Shown one piece after another: positions 9,241 through 18,502 of a stretch of 62,945 bases of DNA; position 1 is the stretch's first letter; every line of letters begins with the position of its first letter. The position numbers and the translations under genes are program-made. Under the pieces are notes generated by a model, which ran no database searches, was not told where the DNA came from, and worked only from the letters and a program-made list of their open reading frames with translations. This stretch comes from a virus (lineage: Duplodnaviria; Caudoviricetes): positions 1 to 62,945 of IMG/VR virus record IMGVR_UViG_3300034257_000004; one strand, 5' to 3'.

Positions 9241-9676
9241 GTGCAGGTATACCAAGTGTGGCAAGTCGTACGACCCCAAGAAGTCGGGGGTAGCACTAGC
9301 AGGCTATTGCTCCATGAAATGCGAGAACAAGATGGTAAGGGCGCTCGACCCTAGCCGCAAGAGCAAAGGCAATCTAGAGGTACTGAAGTCGCACAACCAG
9401 TTAGGGCACGTGAAGACAGTCAAGGTAGGGAAGAACAGGTACCTCGTGCTGAAGTCGTTCACTGTAACGGAGACGTACGACGTCAGGGCCGACACACCAG
9501 AGGGTGCAGTCCGGTTCACGAATACAACAGGCTCACCATGGTCAATACCGGTAGACGTAGACAATGGTCAGATATTTACGGAGGTCTACCCTTACAAGGG
9601 CGAGTCGGAGCCGGACACCAGCATGGAGGATCCAGTGTTGACCTTAGGAAACAGGATATACCACGATGAAGAGTAG
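9224..9676 (+). CDS. hypothetical protein with N-terminal Cys cluster
   Basis: C.C....CGK...YCS..C; AAGGAGG RBS. Confidence 0.7.
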   Translation: MEQSCKCRYTKCGKSYDPKKSGVALAGYCSMKCENKMVRALDPSRKSKGNLEVLKSHNQLGHVKTVKVGKNRYLVLKSFTVTETYDVRADTPEGAVRFTNTTGSPWSIPVDVDNGQIFTEVYPYKGESEPDTSMEDPVLTLGNRIYHDEE

Positions 9677-9887
9677 GTTCAACATAAGCTACAGGCATGG
9701 CAGTCACAGGGTATATGCCTGCGACATAAACCGTAGAACCTTGCATCCTTGGGGTTTCTATTATTGGAAGAGGATAGCCACGATCCCGGTGAACTTCGAT
9801 GACAGGTTGGAGGACTTACCTTGTCCTAGCTACGCACTGAAACTGCTGGCATGGCACGAAAGGAGGTTGACCACAGAGTTGCACTAA
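9666..9887 (+). CDS. hypothetical protein
   Basis: Operon overlap. Confidence 0.55.
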   Translation: MKSRFNISYRHGSHRVYACDINRRTLHPWGFYYWKRIATIPVNFDDRLEDLPCPSYALKLLAWHERRLTTELH

Positions 9888-9914
9888 GGACACCGAATGG
9901 TATGCGACCAAGAG

Positions 9915-9944
9915 TGTACGAACGGCACCCCCAGGGTGTATAAT
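9915..9944 (+). promoter_or_regulatory. sigma70-like promoter
   Basis: TGTACG-N18-TATAAT, intergenic, upstream of the ATPase. Confidence 0.6.
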
Positions 9945-9988
9945 AATAACCGGCTAGCGGTTATCACAACTCGAAAGGAGTTAGAAGC

Positions 9989-11152
9989 ATGGCATCTATC
10001 AAAGAGTTCGTGCTGGAGACCTTCGCGGAGGACCCCAGGATAACGAACGAAGAGCTTGCGGCACTGTGCCGTAAGCAGTTCCCAGGATCGTCTACTACCG
10101 CGGCGTCCGTGAGCAGTATCAAGAGCACGGCGCGTAGATCAGGCGAGCTGGAGCAGACGGAGCTCGCGGTCATAGACACACAGTTCGACCTCGAGGTTAT
10201 AGAGGACGACGACGGCGAGGACGAGATAACGATAGGAGAACGCATCAAGAAAAGGTTCGCGGCCATGATGCGTATGGCGAACGGCGTTATGACGGGGATA
10301 GTCCCCGCACTGATAGTCTCGGGTCCTCCCGGATTGGGTAAGTCGTTCGGTATCAGGGAGGCAATCAAGATACGTACAGACAAGGCCTACCTAGACGGCG
10401 AGGAGGAGTTCACCCACGACTACATCTCGGGAGCTGTCTCCCCGGTCGGTCTGTACATAGCGTTGTGGAACCAACGCGAGGGTGGGTTAGTGGTGCTGGA
10501 TGATTGCGACGACGCGTTCAAGGATGAGACGTCGCTTAACCTACTGAAGACGGTGCTCGACAGCAACGCCGTACGAGAAGTCAGCTGGAGAAAGCAGTCC
10601 AGATGGCTGGTGGACCTCGGCATAGATCCACAGTTCGAGTTCAAAGGGTCGGTCATATTCCTGACCAACCTAGACTTCGAGAGGTACATTGAGAAGGGCA
10701 ATGCCATGGGCACACACTTCAAGGCGCTCATGGATAGGTGCTTGTACCTGCATCTCACCATCCGCACGATCAAGGACTGTATGGTGAGGATCAAGCAGGT
10801 TATATACGAGGAGAAGATGCTCGAGCAATACAACATGGTAGACAAAGACATCGACTCCGTGGTCGACTATGTATACCGTAACAGGAAACGGTTCTACCAC
10901 TTGAGTCTGAGACTGGTACATCAGATCGCCTTGTGTCAGAAGTCGGACGCAGAGAACTGGGTAGATGACATAAGCATGACCAAGATGCGGGCCTACACGG
11001 AAGACATGGAAGAACCCATGTCCGAGACACCACTACACACCTACGACGAGAACGGTAAGCGGATAGTCGTAGAGTCAGAAGAGGAGGAGACAACGACCAA
11101 TGGTAAGAACAACGGAAGCAAACGAACAAAAACCAGTGGGCAGACCGCCTAG
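9989..11152 (+). CDS. AAA+ family ATPase with N-terminal HTH-like domain
   Basis: Walker A GPPGLGKS, Walker B VVLDDCD, sensor IFLTN, ALMDRC. Confidence 0.88.
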   Translation: MASIKEFVLETFAEDPRITNEELAALCRKQFPGSSTTAASVSSIKSTARRSGELEQTELAVIDTQFDLEVIEDDDGEDEITIGERIKKRFAAMMRMANGVMTGIVPALIVSGPPGLGKSFGIREAIKIRTDKAYLDGEEEFTHDYISGAVSPVGLYIALWNQREGGLVVLDDCDDAFKDETSLNLLKTVLDSNAVREVSWRKQSRWLVDLGIDPQFEFKGSVIFLTNLDFERYIEKGNAMGTHFKALMDRCLYLHLTIRTIKDCMVRIKQVIYEEKMLEQYNMVDKDIDSVVDYVYRNRKRFYHLSLRLVHQIALCQKSDAENWVDDISMTKMRAYTEDMEEPMSETPLHTYDENGKRIVVESEEEETTTNGKNNGSKRTKTSGQTA

Positions 11153-12170
11153 GGTATACCAGGACCTAGCGCCATGGCAGGTACTCAATGAGCAGTCGGA
11201 AGAGACCGAGTCCATAACGCAAGCACTGATAGACTACGACTTGGACTGGACCGTAGACAAGGTGCCGACGTATATCAAGAACCCCAGCGGGGGAGGTTGG
11301 GTGGTAGTACCGGACCGTTCCGCGATAGTCAGGTCGGACACACAACAGATCATCGGTACGGCGGGCAAGCTGTTCACGCCTATACAGAACAGAGACGCGT
11401 TCGGCCAGCTACAAATAGCAATCGACGACCACGGGGCACAAGTAGTCATGGGCGGCTACCTCGCGGACGGCGCCAAGGTCTACATGTTGCTGCAACTCCT
11501 GCCACACGGCAAAGGTGAGGTGGTACCGGGGGACGTGCTCGCACCGTACTGCCTGCTAACGAACGCACACACGTCAGAGAAGTCCTCCACCCTAAGCGCA
11601 CGGTACATGGCTGACAGGCTATGGTGCTCGAACGCGTTGGGTGCAACTATGGTGAACGTGAAAGCGTCCGTGGCCATACCGCACCACAAGAACATTGAGG
11701 AGAGGGCAGAAGAGATCGGCAAGCTGATGGAGACCATGTACGACATCCATGACAAGACGATCAAGGTCTACCGCGGACTGGCTAAGGTGAAGGTCACTCA
11801 GGAGGAAATAGACGAGTTCGTAGAGCTCGTGTGGCCACGCAGGAAGGTGGACCAGAAGGCCGAGGCCAAGGACCTCAAGAAGCTGGCTGCCGACATAGAG
11901 GAGTCCGAGAAAGAGGACAAACGCAACAAGAACGACGAAGCACGAGAGAACGTCCGATGGTTGGTAGATAACGGTAAGCACACCGGACGAACAGCCTGGG
12001 GAGTCTACAACGCTGCCACAGAGTATGTAGACCACGTCTCTATACTCAAGGCGGACGGTTCCTACAGAGCAACCGGACCGGAGCAAGCGATGTTCGGGCT
12101 TGGCGCGTACACCAAGCAACGGGCGTTAGACATAGCACTCAAACTGTGGGGTCCCAATGGCGAGGCCTAA
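11100..12170 (+). CDS. DUF932 / phage-plasmid TIGR03299-like protein
   Basis: LDWTVDK...AIVRSDT...F.PIQNRDAF...GYLADGAKVY...R.WCSN...TAWGVYNAATEYVDH. Confidence 0.8.
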   Translation: MVRTTEANEQKPVGRPPRVYQDLAPWQVLNEQSEETESITQALIDYDLDWTVDKVPTYIKNPSGGGWVVVPDRSAIVRSDTQQIIGTAGKLFTPIQNRDAFGQLQIAIDDHGAQVVMGGYLADGAKVYMLLQLLPHGKGEVVPGDVLAPYCLLTNAHTSEKSSTLSARYMADRLWCSNALGATMVNVKASVAIPHHKNIEERAEEIGKLMETMYDIHDKTIKVYRGLAKVKVTQEEIDEFVELVWPRRKVDQKAEAKDLKKLAADIEESEKEDKRNKNDEARENVRWLVDNGKHTGRTAWGVYNAATEYVDHVSILKADGSYRATGPEQAMFGLGAYTKQRALDIALKLWGPNGEA

Positions 12171-12423
12171 GAACGGTTTTGCTCTCATGAAGAGGGGAGG
12201 CGCCAGTGGAGAGGTGCTTATCCCCTCCGAGATGGTGAACCTAGACATCACAGACCTGCAGTACGTGAGGGGCTTGGTACGCAAGGACCTCGAGTACCTT
12301 AGGAGACGCAGGAAGAAGCGTGCGTTCAAACCCCAGAAGGGGCATACAGACGCGGACGCCACGAAAGTGGCATGGCGAGCCAAGCTGGAGATGAAACTCA
12401 ACAAGCTCTTGGAAGAAGTATGA
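12157..12423 (+). CDS. basic hypothetical protein
   Basis: Operon overlap. Confidence 0.6.
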   Translation: MARPKNGFALMKRGGASGEVLIPSEMVNLDITDLQYVRGLVRKDLEYLRRRRKKRAFKPQKGHTDADATKVAWRAKLEMKLNKLLEEV

Positions 12424-12902
12424 GAGCGTTGACACCTAAGGAAAGGAAGGAACACAACCGAGCCAATGCGGCTCGATGGAGAAGTGTGCACTCTGAACAG
12501 GCCAAGGAGGTCAATAGGTTGGCAAGTGAGAACTGGCGTAAGAGAAACCCAGAAGAAGCTAAGGCCAAGAGTAGACAGTCTAGCCCTAAATCACGGCTTG
12601 ATATAAGCTACAGGTTAAAATCTAACCTTAGGACTAGACTGTGGAATGCTCTGAAGGGTAACAGCAAATCTGCTGATACTACAGAACTCATAGGTTGTTC
12701 TATTGAGTCGCTCATGGGTTATATACAAGACTTGTTCAAACCCGGTATGACATGGGAGAACTACGGGCAGTGGCACGTGGACCATGTAGTACCGTGCAGC
12801 AGGTTCGATCTGACAGACCCTAAACAACAGAGGGTTTGTTTCAACTACAAGAATCTTCAACCTCTGTGGGCTGAGGAGAATAAGAAGAAAGGAAAGAACT
12901 AA
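12420..12902 (+). CDS. HNH (homing-type) endonuclease
   Basis: MTWENYGQWHVDHVVPCSRFDL...FNYKNLQPLWAEEN; more AT-rich than its neighbours. Confidence 0.85.
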   Translation: MRALTPKERKEHNRANAARWRSVHSEQAKEVNRLASENWRKRNPEEAKAKSRQSSPKSRLDISYRLKSNLRTRLWNALKGNSKSADTTELIGCSIESLMGYIQDLFKPGMTWENYGQWHVDHVVPCSRFDLTDPKQQRVCFNYKNLQPLWAEENKKKGKN

Positions 12903-13333
12903 TGTCGGAAGAGTTACACGTCAAAAAGGTAGGTACAGACAACAGAGGTAGGGACATCATGCACGTCAAAAATAAGACGCCGTTCGTGCTGTCCAATGAA
13001 CCGTGGAAGCCCCCGAAACGTCCTAGCAAGGACATCCTGGAGGCTACCTACGACGAGGCCTGGTCGGAAATGCGGTCGGAGTTTCTACACGGGAGAAAGG
13101 TATTCTACTTCCATGTGGAGAACATGAGCACCGGATCCGAGTACAGCACCGAGTTGTTCGAGGGATTGAACGGCGAGCCATGCGCAGTCTGTATATGCCC
13201 GTCGGCTGTACCGTGTAAACATATCAAGAACTGTGTGCGCAAGGTCATAAGCGAGATAGACCCGACGTTCGGAGAACAGTACCACCAGACGGACTGGATG
13301 CTGAACGTAGGTCTGGAGGACGCCCCATTCTAA
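12902..13333 (+). CDS. SWIM Zn-finger protein
   Basis: CICPSAVPCKH (CxCxnCxH). Confidence 0.7.
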   Translation: MSEELHVKKVGTDNRGRDIMHVKNKTPFVLSNEPWKPPKRPSKDILEATYDEAWSEMRSEFLHGRKVFYFHVENMSTGSEYSTELFEGLNGEPCAVCICPSAVPCKHIKNCVRKVISEIDPTFGEQYHQTDWMLNVGLEDAPF

Positions 13334-13542
13334 CCCGCCGCCTTCCTGTTCGGGTGTGCCTTCATTCGCAAGGCGCACTCGAACGCCTCTCTCAACTTGT
13401 CCTCATTACATGTCTCGAAGTTCTCACCTATCCAAAACAGCACAGTCTTAGGGCTGGACTCATCCTGAGCTCTCAGGGTGAACAGCTCTTCATCTTCTCC
13501 GGCCTTGTCGTAGCACGGCACGCCGTTTCTCTTCGTACCCAT
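13330..13542 (-). CDS. hypothetical protein
   Basis: GAGGAG RBS; ELFTLRAQD motif. Confidence 0.75.
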   Translation of the reverse strand: MGTKRNGVPCYDKAGEDEELFTLRAQDESSPKTVLFWIGENFETCNEDKLREAFECALRMKAHPNRKAAG

Positions 13543-13623
13543 AGTAGTCTCCTCATACCGATTGTTAAGTGCTCAGGGACCCGAGCTGTCCCGGATCCCT
13601 TCACACAGTCCGTGAGATCCGGG

Positions 13624-14184
13624 TTATTCCGGAATCTCTGTGAGCGGTACCGGCGAACCTATGGTACCGATGGTCGGCTCGCCCGGGCCTGTGACGAACT
13701 CGTCCGAGTCGCCTGCCACGTCGCTGCCCGTGTCCGTGTTCTTGGCGTGGTAGGTCACGGTCACCAGCTCCGTGGTCGGCATTGAACCGCCCGTGATGCT
13801 GATAGGCGCGGTACAACTGTTGCCGTCCTCGCTAAGCACGGTAGGACCAACCTCGACCTGTAGCTGTTCCGAGCTCGACTCGGCCGACAGCTCGATGCCC
13901 TGTGCACCTACCGGTGAACCCTTAGCGCTTCTCAGGTCCTTAACCTCGAGCTCGAAGGAGACGGGTGTCTGGTCTTCGTTGAATCTGTATCTCATGAGTA
14001 GTGTACCTTTCACTGCAGTGTTGCCCTGAGGTAGCTCAGGGGGTTCAAGTTTGGAAATAGCTTTGGCTACCTGTGCAAAGCCTTCCGTCGTCCGACGTCT
14101 ATGGTTGTCTATAGCGTATACCAGTTTGTATAGAAACCTCATAAGCCTGTCGAACTGGTTGTTGGATAGTCGGAAGTCCATCAT
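13624..14184 (-). CDS. hypothetical protein (beta-rich C-terminus)
   Basis: AAGGAG RBS. Confidence 0.7.
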   Translation of the reverse strand: MMDFRLSNNQFDRLMRFLYKLVYAIDNHRRRTTEGFAQVAKAISKLEPPELPQGNTAVKGTLLMRYRFNEDQTPVSFELEVKDLRSAKGSPVGAQGIELSAESSSEQLQVEVGPTVLSEDGNSCTAPISITGGSMPTTELVTVTYHAKNTDTGSDVAGDSDEFVTGPGEPTIGTIGSPVPLTEIPE

Positions 14185-14191
14185 CTCGTGT

Positions 14192-14491
14192 TCACTCCTT
14201 TAGTGACAGCAGTCCTCTCTTGGAATCCAACCTCTCTCGCACCGCGTCGGCGCCAGTTGTCGTCAGCTGTAGGGTCTCTATGTTTCCCTTCAGCCGTTCT
14301 ACTTCTACCAGGTCTCTAACCTCTAGGTCTCTGAGAAGGTTAAAGAACTTACGCCACTCCTCCTTGTCTGTGGGGCAGTCGTCCTCGAGAGCTTGACACA
14401 ACTCTCTGAAGGTAGAAGGTTCCGTAGACCCTATAGAGTCTAATATCTTGTTCTGTAGCTCAGAGTTCTCCACAACGTACTCTCCTTCCAT
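14192..14491 (-). CDS. putative winged-helix protein
   Basis: ILDSI...TFRELCQAL...LLRDLE..DLVEV...LQLTTTG. Confidence 0.6.
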   Translation of the reverse strand: MEGEYVVENSELQNKILDSIGSTEPSTFRELCQALEDDCPTDKEEWRKFFNLLRDLEVRDLVEVERLKGNIETLQLTTTGADAVRERLDSKRGLLSLKE

Positions 14492-14915
14492 ACTCGGCGA
14501 TCAACAGTGCGTCCGCCGACCAGTGGGTTATGTGTTCGTCGGGGAACAGACGCTGCGCCGCGGACTTGCTCACGTTCTTGTCGCCGCCCGTGAGACACTG
14601 CAACGCCCTCTGCCACTTCTCTGGCTGCACGTAGTCGTACGGTATACGTAACGCGAACAGAACGCCGATGAGTAGCCCGTAGTTCTTACCGAACGTGAAT
14701 ATCGCGGGAGCTCCCTGGCCTCTGCCCGGCCACGAGTGTACCTTCTCTAGATATGCGTGAGTCTGCACCCCGTCGACCACGCAGTCCCGCAGGAACTCCA
14801 CCGTGTCGTGCTCCGTGGAATCGAGCTTGAACAGGTCTATCCGTCTCTCGCCGTCCTGGTCCCAGATAGAAGCGATACCGCCGCTCTTACCAGGATCCAA
14901 CCCTAGAATCAACAA
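14460..14915 (-). CDS. RuvC-like Holliday junction resolvase
   Basis: ILGLDPGKSGGIA, YLEKV, FTFG..YG, P..WQ, ADALLIAEYG. Confidence 0.85.
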   Translation of the reverse strand: MLILGLDPGKSGGIASIWDQDGERRIDLFKLDSTEHDTVEFLRDCVVDGVQTHAYLEKVHSWPGRGQGAPAIFTFGKNYGLLIGVLFALRIPYDYVQPEKWQRALQCLTGGDKNVSKSAAQRLFPDEHITHWSADALLIAEYGRRVRCGEL

Positions 14916-15384
14916 AGTCGCCTCCCTCCCACTTGCGCATGAACGTGGCCTTGGCCTCGCTCAGTTTACCACCGGCTCGTGCCGTAAGCCTCAGGGCCAC
15001 CAGTCCCGCCGAGCCTAGCTTCTTCTCCATGAAGACCTTGTAGACCGTCCTCTTGTGGAACTCCCACCCGTCTATCGGGTGTAGGTGACACGTCTTGCAC
15101 AGGGCGTCGGCGTTCCTCAGGTCGTACCTCACCACGTAGACCCCTCGACCGATGAAGTGCGAGCAGTGCAGAGCTTCGGGGTTTCGTTCGAAACTCTTGC
15201 CGCACCCTACGCAGCGCCAGCCGGCGAGTTCTCGGACGATGCCGCTGAAGACCTTGTCGCAGAGGTCGGTGTCGTACTCCTCCTCTTGACCCTGGTCTCT
15301 GCGCCTAGCTACGGCCTTTGTCCACGGCTTCCTCGGTGAAAAGCCTTTCGCCCCTTCTCGTCTTCTTAACCAGTTCCTCTTCAC
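14887..15384 (-). CDS. NinG/Rap-like recombination endonuclease (start uncertain)
   Basis: DKVFS..VR...CVGCG...HCSHFIGR....RYD..NADALCKTCH. Confidence 0.8.
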   Translation of the reverse strand: MKRNWLRRREGAKGFSPRKPWTKAVARRRDQGQEEEYDTDLCDKVFSGIVRELAGWRCVGCGKSFERNPEALHCSHFIGRGVYVVRYDLRNADALCKTCHLHPIDGWEFHKRTVYKVFMEKKLGSAGLVALRLTARAGGKLSEAKATFMRKWEGGDFVDSRVGSW

Positions 15385-16771
15385 CCATGGTCCTCGGTTT
15401 CACGGGCGGCTTGGTGCCGTTCCCGTTGTTGTGCCCTAGCATGTCTGGCGTCCGGAAAGTTACCAACCTACAGTTCATGTCCATAGGCTCTCGGAACTGT
15501 GGCCCCTCCCTCTGCTTCTTAACCAACAGCTCCTTCGTGTAAAAGTCTAGGCCCTCCTCGTGTGGGTCTCCGTGTAAGAACCCTACGAAGTCTGCGTCTT
15601 GTTCTATCTGTCCGGACTCCCTCAGGTCGTACAGCTCAGGTTCTCTGTTACCAGTCACGTTAGCACGACTCAGCTGACTCACCCAAATACCCGAGATCTC
15701 TCTACGCATACAGATCCCCTTCAGACCCCTAGATATACCTGACACCTCCTGTACCCTGCCGTCTCCGTGTTCTCCGGACATGAGTTGCATGTAGTCTACC
15801 AACAGGACGTCGCACCGTTTACCTAGACGTTCGTACTCTCCTAGCCAGCCGTCAACCTCCTGGATACTTATGCTAGAGTCGTCGAGCACTATAGGAACCG
15901 GACGCATGTCGCCTAGGGTCTCGAGTATCTTCTTGTACTCCTTCTCGGATATACCGGCGCTTATGTGGAACCTCTCCACGTCCGACTTGGCCGCTACCAT
16001 CCTGTCTATCAAGGACTCCCTGGGCATCTCCCTAGTCACTATGTAGACTCTACGACCGCTCTGTGCTATGTTACATGCTATGTCTAGCGCTAGTGTACTC
16101 TTGCCCATGGAAGGACGACCCGCAAGAACGTAGGTGTACCCTGGTACTAGTCCTCCGCCTATCATCCTCTTGTCTATGTTAGGGAAACCTGTAGGTATAG
16201 CGTTCGATATTCCTTTGTGAAAGAGCATGTACCGTAGAGCTATGTCGTCGTACAACTCGTCAATGCTCATCGGTCGTCTAGCGTTCTGTAGAGTACCGTG
16301 TGCCTCGGACAACTCTTGTATGATATCCTGGAACATTTTGTCCGGGTGGTCTGCTCCGTCCTGAAGAGCCGCGGCGAACTTGTAGGCCAACCGTATACCC
16401 CGCCGAGCCTTGGCCTTCTCCCTCAGGATCTCGGCGTAGGCGGTCACGTTAGTGAAGTGCGGAAGGCCGTACGTAAGCTGAGTTATGAACGTGATACCGC
16501 CGGCCTTCTCTAACAACCCGTTCTTCTTCAAGTGTTCGCCTATCACTATCGGGTTCAGGTCCTGACCTAGGTTGTTCACCTCGAGCATAGCCTGGTAGAT
16601 GTACCTATGATAGCTTATATGGAACCAGCCCGCGGGTATAAGTCTACGAGTTTGGTCTATCAACACGGGGTCCATCAGTATACCGCCCAGTATAGCGTGC
16701 TCCGCGTCGGCGTTGTGTGGCAACGACCCCTTAAGCAGGGGTTCGTTACTCTGCCTGCTCTCTGGTCCCAC
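15305..16771 (-). CDS. dnaB: replicative DNA helicase
   Basis: LPHNADAEHAILG N-domain, AGRPSMGKS, VDYMQL, SQLSR, DLRESGQIEQDAD. Confidence 0.95.
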   Translation of the reverse strand: MGPESRQSNEPLLKGSLPHNADAEHAILGGILMDPVLIDQTRRLIPAGWFHISYHRYIYQAMLEVNNLGQDLNPIVIGEHLKKNGLLEKAGGITFITQLTYGLPHFTNVTAYAEILREKAKARRGIRLAYKFAAALQDGADHPDKMFQDIIQELSEAHGTLQNARRPMSIDELYDDIALRYMLFHKGISNAIPTGFPNIDKRMIGGGLVPGYTYVLAGRPSMGKSTLALDIACNIAQSGRRVYIVTREMPRESLIDRMVAAKSDVERFHISAGISEKEYKKILETLGDMRPVPIVLDDSSISIQEVDGWLGEYERLGKRCDVLLVDYMQLMSGEHGDGRVQEVSGISRGLKGICMRREISGIWVSQLSRANVTGNREPELYDLRESGQIEQDADFVGFLHGDPHEEGLDFYTKELLVKKQREGPQFREPMDMNCRLVTFRTPDMLGHNNGNGTKPPVKPRTMGEEELVKKTRRGERLFTEEAVDKGRS

Positions 16772-17537
16772 TCTTCCACCTCTTCTCGGCTGCTTCCGAC
16801 CTCTTCTTCCTCACGTCTGTCGGTCCTTTGTTCTTTCCCTTGGACTCGTAGATACCTATGAACCTGTCTACATGAGGGTTGTCTCGACAGATCAGCTCTA
16901 TGTCGTTGTACTTGGTGTTGTTGTCATTCTCGCCCATGTTGTGAGGAGACAGCTTGCAACCGTCTATGGCGTGGAACAGCTGCTCATCCGTATAGTCCTT
17001 ACATCTGCCAGTTATCTTGGTGCGTCTCTTAGAATCTAAACTAGTCCTGGGTTTGTTCATAACCTGCTGCCAGTATTCAAAGATTCTGTTAACCCGTTCG
17101 GTCAAGTTTGTTTTTGAACTTGACATAAGTGTTTTTGTATTATGTTCTTTATCTGTAAGACTCCTTAATGAAGAACCTTGTTCTGAACCCGTGTGCACGT
17201 CGCGATCATCTATGTGCGCGCGAGGGGGATGCGCTAGAAGACGCCCGGGCGTCGTAGAAGACGCCCCCTCAAAATTCTCGAACAGTAGTTGATACTTATG
17301 TGAGCCGTTAACTCCTTTACCATCTTCTATATGCACCAGGTCGGTCTTCTGAAGTTTTCTTATTATCCTTTGGACTTGTCTCTGTAAAAGTCTAGCCTTG
17401 GTACCTAGTTCCGGTATACTTGGCGGGTAGGATATACCGTTGTCGTCCGCATTGTCTGCCAGTGCTAGAAGGATTATCAGTTCGCTACCAGTACACGGTG
17501 CAAACCTCCATACAAGATCCATCATTTTACTACTCAT
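16746..17537 (-). CDS. phage replication initiator (N-terminal HTH, low-complexity linker, C-terminal domain)
   Basis: ILLALADNADDNG.SYP.I..L N-terminal pattern; directly upstream of dnaB. Confidence 0.8.
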   Translation of the reverse strand: MSSKMMDLVWRFAPCTGSELIILLALADNADDNGISYPPSIPELGTKARLLQRQVQRIIRKLQKTDLVHIEDGKGVNGSHKYQLLFENFEGASSTTPGRLLAHPPRAHIDDRDVHTGSEQGSSLRSLTDKEHNTKTLMSSSKTNLTERVNRIFEYWQQVMNKPRTSLDSKRRTKITGRCKDYTDEQLFHAIDGCKLSPHNMGENDNNTKYNDIELICRDNPHVDRFIGIYESKGKNKGPTDVRKKRSEAAEKRWKSGTREQAE

Positions 17538-17563
17538 AAATTATCCTTGAAGACAGAAGTAGA

Positions 17564-17704
17564 AAGCCCTTAGTTGAGGGCTCTGGTACCCTTGGCAAAT
17601 TCACTTTTGACACACGGGCGGCATCAAAAGCAAAAGAGTTCAGAGCACCTCAACTAAAGGCTTGCCCGTAACCTTGTTCGGTTGCCACCCGAAGTTTGTG
17701 TCGA
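17564..17704 (-). ncRNA. structured 5' leader of the initiator-dnaB operon
   Basis: ~22-bp stem 17564-85/17641-63, inner stem 17604-10/17624-30, loop complementary to 17664-69. Confidence 0.5.
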
Positions 17705-17706
17705 AT

Positions 17707-17736
17707 ACTATACACCGTAGGAGGTAATCTTGTAAA
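17707..17736 (-). promoter_or_regulatory. sigma70-like promoter
   Basis: TTTACA-N18-TATAGT. Confidence 0.65.
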
Positions 17737-17745
17737 CCTTTGATT

Positions 17746-18210
17746 TTAGTAGATCTTCACGACCTCTATGTCTACCTCGCACAGGAACACTTCAGTAATA
17801 GGCCACAACTTGGTCCACTTGTCCTCTACCCCCTCAGTCAGTGCTACCTCTTGGAAGACTATCCGAGACACACCAACTTGCGACAGGAGCATAGCGCAGT
17901 GCAAACACGGGAAGAACCCATAGATGTATATGGAGCACTCGTACAGACTTATGCCCGTCAATGAAGCGTTGCAGATAACATTCTCCTCGGCGTGTATAGT
18001 AAGGGAGTAGTCGTTGGCCTGCCTCTTACGCTCTTCGTCTACTACTCCACGTGGGTATCCGTTGAAACCGCTCGCCTGGACCTGGCCGAACGGTCCTATC
18101 GCTATAGCACCTATCCTTATCTCCGGGTGCTTAGAGAACTGGGACACAGCCTTGGCCAAGTCCATGTACAGCAGACGCCACTTATGGCTCTGTTTCCTCT
18201 CGTGTCTCAT
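17746..18210 (-). CDS. dCMP deaminase
   Basis: GFNGYPRG, HAEEN, PCLHC Zn motifs. Confidence 0.92.
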   Translation of the reverse strand: MRHERKQSHKWRLLYMDLAKAVSQFSKHPEIRIGAIAIGPFGQVQASGFNGYPRGVVDEERKRQANDYSLTIHAEENVICNASLTGISLYECSIYIYGFFPCLHCAMLLSQVGVSRIVFQEVALTEGVEDKWTKLWPITEVFLCEVDIEVVKIY

Positions 18211-18502
18211 AGTGCATATCCTTTCGTACTATAGGTGGTAGTTGGTTGTGCCGCTGTTTAGACGGACACATTATGTCCAGACGCTCAGCAAGGTCGTTGA
18301 GCTCTGATATTTTTATGTCTATCTCTGCTACCAGATTCGGACCGCCTTTGTCCCTGGACTCGTATGCCCGTACCAGACCTCCTGTGAGGTCAACCAGTGC
18401 AGAGTGAATCTTGGAGTATAGAGCACGACAAGCCTCATATATCTCCTTCTGCTCCTGCTCGTTAAGTGTCTTGGTCATTTGAGCATTCTCCTCTTTGCTC
18501 AT
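18182..18502 (-). CDS. hypothetical protein
   Basis: Operon overlap. Confidence 0.65.
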   Translation of the reverse strand: MSKEENAQMTKTLNEQEQKEIYEACRALYSKIHSALVDLTGGLVRAYESRDKGGPNLVAEIDIKISELNDLAERLDIMCPSKQRHNQLPPIVRKDMHYETREETEP

